Positions 57,037 through 64,000 of a stretch of DNA of 64,000 nt are shown here, piece by piece (position 1 is the stretch's first letter; each line of letters starts with the position of its first letter). A model generated the notes under the pieces. The model was not told the DNA's origin and did not search any database. It saw nothing but the letters and a program-made list of their open reading frames with translations. This DNA comes from Thalia democratica (Eukaryota). Location of the stretch: positions 9,114,001 to 9,178,000 of the forward strand of contig OZ241834.1 of NCBI GenBank assembly GCA_965202585.1, in the 5' to 3' direction. The translations under genes were made by a program, and so were the position numbers.

Positions 57037-59888
57037 TTAGTTGAAATAATTCTTCAAGGATTGGCCATTTTGCTTCCACAACTGAATTTTGAGCCCGATC
57101 TGCTCTACACATTGCTTGAATTTTCTCTCACAAGTCTTTTTAACTTTGTCAGTCAAAAATTCTTTCACTTCTTTTAGCATTTCTTCGGTGGCAAAGTTAG
57201 GAGTAGAAGCTTCAACGATCTTGCCTAAGTGAGGACTTCCCTTGAACTTGTTGTAAAAGACATCCCAATGTTCCTTGACAAACTTCCAAGACTCATCTCT
57301 ACCAAGCTTGGATCCAGTTGCCATGCCATACAAGATCTTGTATTTTTCGTTGTCACGAACGTGGCTTGACATCATGTATTTTTGAACAAGTTTGAGACAT
57401 TCCAAACCCTGTACGCACCCGAGAGCTGCTTCGATTTCACTCTTCTCTTCCATGGAATCAACTTTCTTGTGGAGCTCTACCATCTTGTTGAAAGCCTCAA
57501 GACCTCCTTTTGACGTGTAAACTTCGTAGACGGAAGCACGAATTTCGGGACTGATTGGTGTTGAGTTCTTAAAGAAGTTGTTCATGATTTCTGTGCACTT
57601 TTGGTTGACTTGGTCGTCGTTTGAAGCTTTGATGAGAAGCGCTCTCAAGCTGGCATCCAAATGAGATTCATCTTGTTTAGCTTCCATTCCAACATGGGCC
57701 ATGACGCTACTGAAGAGATCTTTTTTGAATTGGGAAAACTTGTTTGAAGCTTCGTCGTCATTCCACATAAGCTTAGTCATTGCGCTAAGGCTTTTGATTA
57801 TCTCTTTCCACACTGGATATTCCTTTTCGCCCTTGAAAACTTTTAGCAACTCAAGATATGTGGCAAACGAAGTTTGACCAGTTGTAGCCATTGCATGGAC
57901 GTCACTGACTATGTTGAGACGATCAAAGCAGTCAAGTTGTCCTTTTTCAACTACAGTAATTAGTTTGGACAAAATATCTTGGCTGTAGTTCACTCTGTAG
58001 AAGCCAATAAACCTTGGGTTGATTTTAAACCAGTCGTTTGCACCGACACCTGCTACTGTGATCTGATCTGACTTTGATGAAAAGATAAAAGATTGATGTT
58101 CATCAGAGGTTGATGTGGATATTGTGATTGGCACTTGCCACAAACTGTCACTTTCATCAGATGAGGAAATAGAAAACTTTTTCTGGGACAAATTAAGTGT
58201 TACAGAGTTGTCGTTTTGGCTGGCAATAGACACATCAATAACAGGGTATCCCATTTGTTTCGTCCAAGTTGACATAACCTGCTCAACTGGCTTGCCGCTA
58301 GCATCTTCAAAACATTTCCACAAATCTTCTGTTTGTGTGTTGGAGTATGCATACTTTTTAAAATACGCCTTCATGCCTTCTTTGAACTTATCTGATCCGA
58401 TCCAAGAGTGAATCATTCCTATGATGTTACTTCCTTTTTGGTAAGAAATAGCATCGAAGATTTCCCCAATTTCACCTGGATGATTGACTGGAATTTCAAT
58501 AGCGTGACTGTTTTCTAGGCTGTCAGCATCTAATGCCTTTATTGTGACATCATTAACGTACTGCTCCCAAACTTTCAAGTCATGGTCACAAATGTGTCCT
58601 GCATCGTACATCATAAAAGTTGCAAACCCTTCGTTGAGCCACAAGTGAGTCCACCATTCCATGGTGACCAGGTTGCCAAACCACTGGTGAGACACTTCAT
58701 GGCAAACAACGATTGTTACCCAACATTTCTGCGCTACGGAAGATTCTTTTTCGTCTACGAGAAGAGCTGACTCTCTGTAAGTGATCAGTCCCCAGTTTTC
58801 CATGGCGCTGCAAGCAAAGTCGGTGATAGCAATCAAATCGAGTTTGTTCATTGGGTATGGGCAGGAAAAGAACTCTGTAAAGTACTCCACTGATTTGATA
58901 GTGACTTTCAAAGGGTACTTTCCTTGACTTGATTTTCCTGGTGGAGTGTAAACTTTGACTTCGACGCCGTCATTAGTCTTGCCTTGAACGTAGTCGAATG
59001 CTCCTACTACAAAAGCCAGCAGGTAAGTTGACATCTTCTTTGACTTTGCGAAGACGACCTTCTTTGTTACTTGATCTTCAAGAACTTCTTCGCTGATGAC
59101 ATTCATGTTTGACAAGGCGACGAGGTCTTTTGGTACAATTAATGTAGCATCAAAAGTTGCTTTTAATGCAGGCTCGTCCCAGCAAGGAAGGCATCGTCTG
59201 GCGTCGGTTGCCTCGAACTGAGTGATAAGGTTGTAATATTCAAAACCGTCCTTGTTTGTGACTTTGGTGCGGTAGAACCCGGCCATTTCATCGTTGTGAA
59301 TTCCTTTGAAACTCATGCTGAGGACTGCAGGACCCACAGGAATAACATCTTCGAAAACAAGGGTGCAAGTCTCATCATCTTTGTTGAGATTCACCTGAGT
59401 TGGAACGAAAGTAGCTCCTGAATGTTGAAGGCTGCACTCTTTGATTTCTAATTCTTTGCTGTTCATTTTGATTTCATTCGTGGCTTCATTGACCTGTTTA
59501 AAAAAAAAATTTAGTCTTTAATCCGTTTTTGATTATACTTTTTATCGGTATGGTCTATAATGTTGCGTGGTTTTATTATTAATAGTTATATGTTAATAGC
59601 TAAAAGTATGTTTAGGTGTTTATTACTTAATTAAAATTATAAAATTCTTAACCATAATTTTAAATCCTAAAACAACAAATAAAGCAAAATACAAAAACAT
59701 GTTTTTTCATTTACAAATTAAACTTGGTGGTTAATGAGTATAATTACTGTCAGCATAAAAGTTTTACTAAAACTTACATTTAAGTCAACTGATTGGTGTC
59801 CTTCAAAAGTAAAAGTTTCGAATGAAGGTTTCAATGTGACATCGTAGTTTGTAGGTGTAACGTTGGTAGGCAAACGAGAAAACTCCAT
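57037..59888 (-). CDS. NPEPPS: Puromycin-sensitive aminopeptidase, copy 5 (most divergent); exons 59888-59778 and 59493-57037
   Basis: Intact ORF and splice sites. I count 14 aa differences from copy 2 in the 809-aa ORF plus T>N in exon 1. Catalytic motifs unchanged. Confidence 0.95.
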
Positions 59889-60292
59889 TGTAGAATTTAT
59901 TTTAATTAGATAGTTACGTCTGTTAAGATATAGTTTTTTAAGATGTTGGTATTTTTCATTAAATAATTATCTATGTAATATTATATTTGGAGACTAAGGT
60001 ACACTTTGCAAATTTAAATCCTATATATGCATAGTGTAACATAATAAGTTTATCATTGCTAAATTAGGCTACATTGCATATGCTAAAAAGTTATGCACTA
60101 TACTTAAATACTTAAACTATTACATTGTTAAATAATCAACAAATAAAATACAAATACTTATAAATTTTTGCATTTTTTTCTGAAATTTTATTTGTAATAG
60201 TAAAAAGTATATTTAATGTTCACAATTAAATTAATATTTTCAACAATTTAACATAAATTTGACTATTTAAAGTTCTGCCAAATTTATAGACT

Positions 60293-61495
60293 AAAGTTGG
60301 CCACTATTCTGGATTCCTAAAATTAAATTTAGCTTAAATAAAGTTGAGTTTGAGAAATTTTGAAAGAAAAATCTAGAATTTGAACAAAAATCACTGAAAA
60401 ACCTGGATTTTAAACAATTTTTACATAGTAACTAGTGAAATTTGGATAATACAAAAAAGTTTATCACATGGATAGAAATTGTTCGTCATCATCAATATTT
60501 TTTATTATAGACATGATTTAAAGTAGCTTTACATTATTTTTCCAATGTTGTTATACTTTTTTAATTAATCTTCTGCTTTAAACATAAACGTTAACTAAAA
60601 ATAGACCAAAAACTATTTTTTTCATTAAACCTGGAAGAAGTTTTAAAAACCTGGAGATAATTTGCCAAAAGCCAGTGGTCACCCTGATAATTGCAAAATG
60701 ATGTTTTTACTTTAAACATAACTTTTAACTAAAATAGACCCAAAAATAAATATTTTCATAAAGCCTCAAAGAAGTTTTAAAAACCTGGAGATAATTTGCC
60801 AAAAGCCAGTGGTCACCCTGATAATTGCAAAATGATGTTTTTACTTTAAACATAACTTTTAACTAAAAATAGACCCAAAACAAGTTTTTTCATTAAACCT
60901 GGAAGAAGTTTTAAAAACCTGGAGATAACTTGCAAAAAACCAGTGGTCACCCTGATAATTGCAAAATGATATTTTTACTTTAAACATAACTTTTAACTAA
61001 AAATAGACCCAAAAATAAATATTTTCATAAAGCCTCAAAGAAGTTTTAAAAACCTGGAGATAATTTGCCAAAAGCCAGTGGTCACCCTGATAATTGCAAA
61101 ATGATGTTTTTACTTTAAACATAACTTTTAACTAAAAATAGACCCAAAACAAGTTTTTTCATTAAACCTGGAAGAAGTTTTAAAAACCTGGAGATAACTT
61201 GCAAAAAAACCAGTGGTCACCCTGATAATTGCAAAATGATATTTTTACTTTAAACATAACTTTTAACTAAAAATAGACCCAAAAATAAATATTTTCATAA
61301 AGCCTCAAAGAAGTTTTAAAAACCTGGAGATAATTTGCCAAAAGCCAGTGGTCACCCTGATAATTGCAAAATGATATTTTTACTTTAAACATAACTTTTA
61401 ACTAAAATTAAACTCAAAAATAAGTATTTTCATAAAGCCTCAAACAAGTTTTTAAAACCTGGAAACAAATTTCAAAAAACCAGTGGTCACTTTAA
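60293..61495 (+). mobile_element. Same decayed MITE plus 134/135-bp array, unit 5 (7 units, two alternating variants)
   Basis: Unit ends at 60686, 60820, 60954, 61089, 61224, 61359, ~61495; the variant ...caagttttttcattaaacctggaag...gataacttgc alternates with the standard unit. Confidence 0.85.
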
Positions 61496-62321
61496 AAATT
61501 GCAAAATAATACCCATTTCTAAATTTAAAAATACTAAGAATAAAAACTCAACTAAAGTATTGTTCTAGTTTTTTTCAAATATTTCTCTTTTTAGTTTTTT
61601 GAAAAAGGGGAAGGGTATAAAAAATCATTAAAATTTAAAATCAACATTAAAAAAATATATATATAAAATGTGGCAACTAAAAATAGTATTACTATTCAAT
61701 AAATTTATTTAAATCTATATTTAATTTTTAATTTAAAAAATGTAGGAAGGAAAAAAAGAGAAAATTAAAAAAAAAACTTTTATAATACTAAGTTTGTGCA
61801 ATATAACAACTTAAACAAAATTACTGTTCACTTGACTTAACATTCATACACTTCTAAAACATAAATCTAACAAAAAATATAACTACATAACCTGGAACTT
61901 TATCTATGCTAAGTTTACTCTAAATCTAACTTTATTTAATCATCTACACAAGTGAAAACAGTCTTTTTATATTCGCCTGCGCGTAAGTGAACGTTTGTGG
62001 TTTGTGGTGTGGTGACCTCATAACTCGAGACAGAACTATTGGGCATAGTATTATGAGAGAACTTAGGGTTTCATAACCCACGGCGAATTCAGAGGACTTT
62101 TTTGCTTTAACTTATTTAAAAAATTTTAGGCTAACCCAGAACAGCGACACCGTGTGGTGAAAAATCCCGTAAATTTTTAAAATATTTTTTGTCTAAAGCC
62201 AAAATGGTGCAATCTAATGGATTTGCGACACCTAGCGGTTAATTTTTTTCAAATTTAAATTTAAATTATAAGATTTTAAAAACTATTTAAAAAAATCTAA
62301 TTTTGCGCTGCGTTAAAAAAG

Positions 62322-64000
62322 GGGCAGGTTGACTACACCTAAACTTTAAAGATTTTTCTAGAAGTTAGAGCTTTTGAACCTCACACATTTAATTTTTGTG
62401 AAGTCAACAAGTGTAACTACATATATTATAAAGCCTTTTTAAGTAATTTCTTAAGATTAGATATTTTTTTTTACCTTGTGTGTAAAAAAACATGGTTCGT
62501 ATTTACATGAAGTTATTTATATTAAGTAACAAAAATGAAAATACTGGAAAATTCATTTAGTTTACATTTAGACTATAAATCATTTCGGCATATCTATGTA
62601 ATAATAGGTCAAAAAAAGTTATATTCATTCATTTATTATTCAAAATATTACTCGTTTTCTGTTTTTATAGTTCAACTTAATTTTATTCTAAAAAATTCTC
62701 TTAAAATTAATTTTAAAACCTATTTTATATGCTTTTTGTTGTAATTTTTAAAAATATTTAACATTTAACTAGATTAAAGCCTAATAATGGATAAACTTCT
62801 ATGCGCTTTTTATAGTTTGAACTTGTTTTAACACGGTTAAAAGAATATTTTTAAGGTATAAATAACAACTAACTCTAGAATTAAGAAAACCTGTATAGGA
62901 ATTAGTAATAGCTCGCTGAGGAATAAGTAAAAACTATGAAAAGCTGTTAACTTTTATTGCTTTATTCTTCAAGGAAATGAGATCTTTAAATAGAAATTCT
63001 GTCTGAGTATGAATAATTTCTTATGTTAAATTTACTAAAACTTTAACCATAAAAAAAATGTTTAAAAGCTTACACAAGTTTAAAAAATTACAGTTATTTC
63101 ACGTTCATTAAAAGCTAACCTTCAAAAACAAAGGTTTATATTCAACTAAGCATAAACTTTTTATGAATAAGTTATTAAAACCTTTTTGGTTGTTTTCTCT
63201 CTAGTATTAATAAGCTTCATAAATAAGTACACACTTTCTAAAACAGTAGTCATTACAAGAAGTCTTTTGTTAGTTTTAGATTGACTGCAAACCCAAACGA
63301 AGTGAGTTTGAATCTTGGCAAAACTTTTCCTTATATTAAGCTTAACTTCACGTATATGTTTGTTTTTACCTTTAGGCTCTTAAAATACAACTGGTACTTG
63401 TCCTGTACAGTTAAAATAATGATAATACAACTATTTTAAACAACTGTAGCCCATGTAAGGCCTTTTCTATATTCCGCGAGCAACTTTTTCTAGCGAATTT
63501 GGCCCGTTACTTATGAAAGGCTGCCGTAACCTGTTACTTTACTTATGTAGAGTCCTATGTACAGTGGATTATTATAAAATGTTCTATCCTTGGCTTTTGT
63601 ATTTAACATGACAATAATTTGTACAAGTTATAAGTAGTTTATAAAAAGATAAAAATTAAAACTTAACACTTTTAAAGTAGAATAGGCTCTACATTAAACT
63701 TTATCAATCAAGCTTGTCATAAGCAAGAAACTGTGTACCATTATATCGAACGTTTGAAACGAAAGCTTTGTCTAGTTAACATAAACTTTAATACTGAAAA
63801 TAGAAGCTGAACTTAGTTCTCACTAAATAGTAGTTTCAACAATCACGTTTGTACTAGAAATAAATTGTGTGAGTAACACTAAATGTTCCTTTTTTTCAAC
63901 TGTATTATTTAGTCTAAAATATTTTTGAAAAATGTTATTCAAGATCATCTCAGCAATGTTTAAAAACATCCTTTAATCTTCTTTATTAAAGCTTATAAGG
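62322..64000. repeat. Start of unit 6 (type B, truncated by window end)
   Basis: Near-identical to 49295-50970. Confidence 0.93.

Larger units (their letters stand above)
49295..62321. repeat. Tandem segmental unit 5 (type B spacer, gene region close to type A)
   Basis: Same order of landmarks as unit 1, but many substitutions, indels and extra MITEs in 49.3-56.4 kb; high identity from ~56.45 to ~62.1 kb. Confidence 0.93.

Overview
AT-rich eukaryotic (invertebrate-like; species not identifiable from the sequence) window made entirely of a head-to-tail tandem array of ~12-13.5 kb units: about 5.1 units here, running off both ends. Each unit carries one intact minus-strand M1 zinc aminopeptidase gene, a puromycin-sensitive aminopeptidase (NPEPPS/PSA) orthologue. 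The gene has two coding exons: a 111-nt exon missed by the ORF track, a 283-284-nt GT-AG intron, then one long exon, giving 855 aa. All copies have SAMEN in place of the canonical GAMEN motif. Units come in two sequence types (A: 1 to ~49150; B: ~49150-56450 and ~62170 to the end). The gene and its upstream DNA are nearly identical between types, the downstream spacer is clearly diverged, and short cross-type tracts indicate patchwork homogenisation. A non-autonomous TIR transposon family (CAGGGTTGCCAC ends, 6-bp TSD) is present at several ages. The right end of one such element upstream of the gene has amplified into a 135-bp minisatellite with 8/5/6/7/7 units in the five gene copies. Unit 3 carries a private 1.67-kb insertion that begins with a GC-rich 42/43-bp minisatellite. 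No rRNA, tRNA or CRISPR array was recognised. All comparisons were made by eye.
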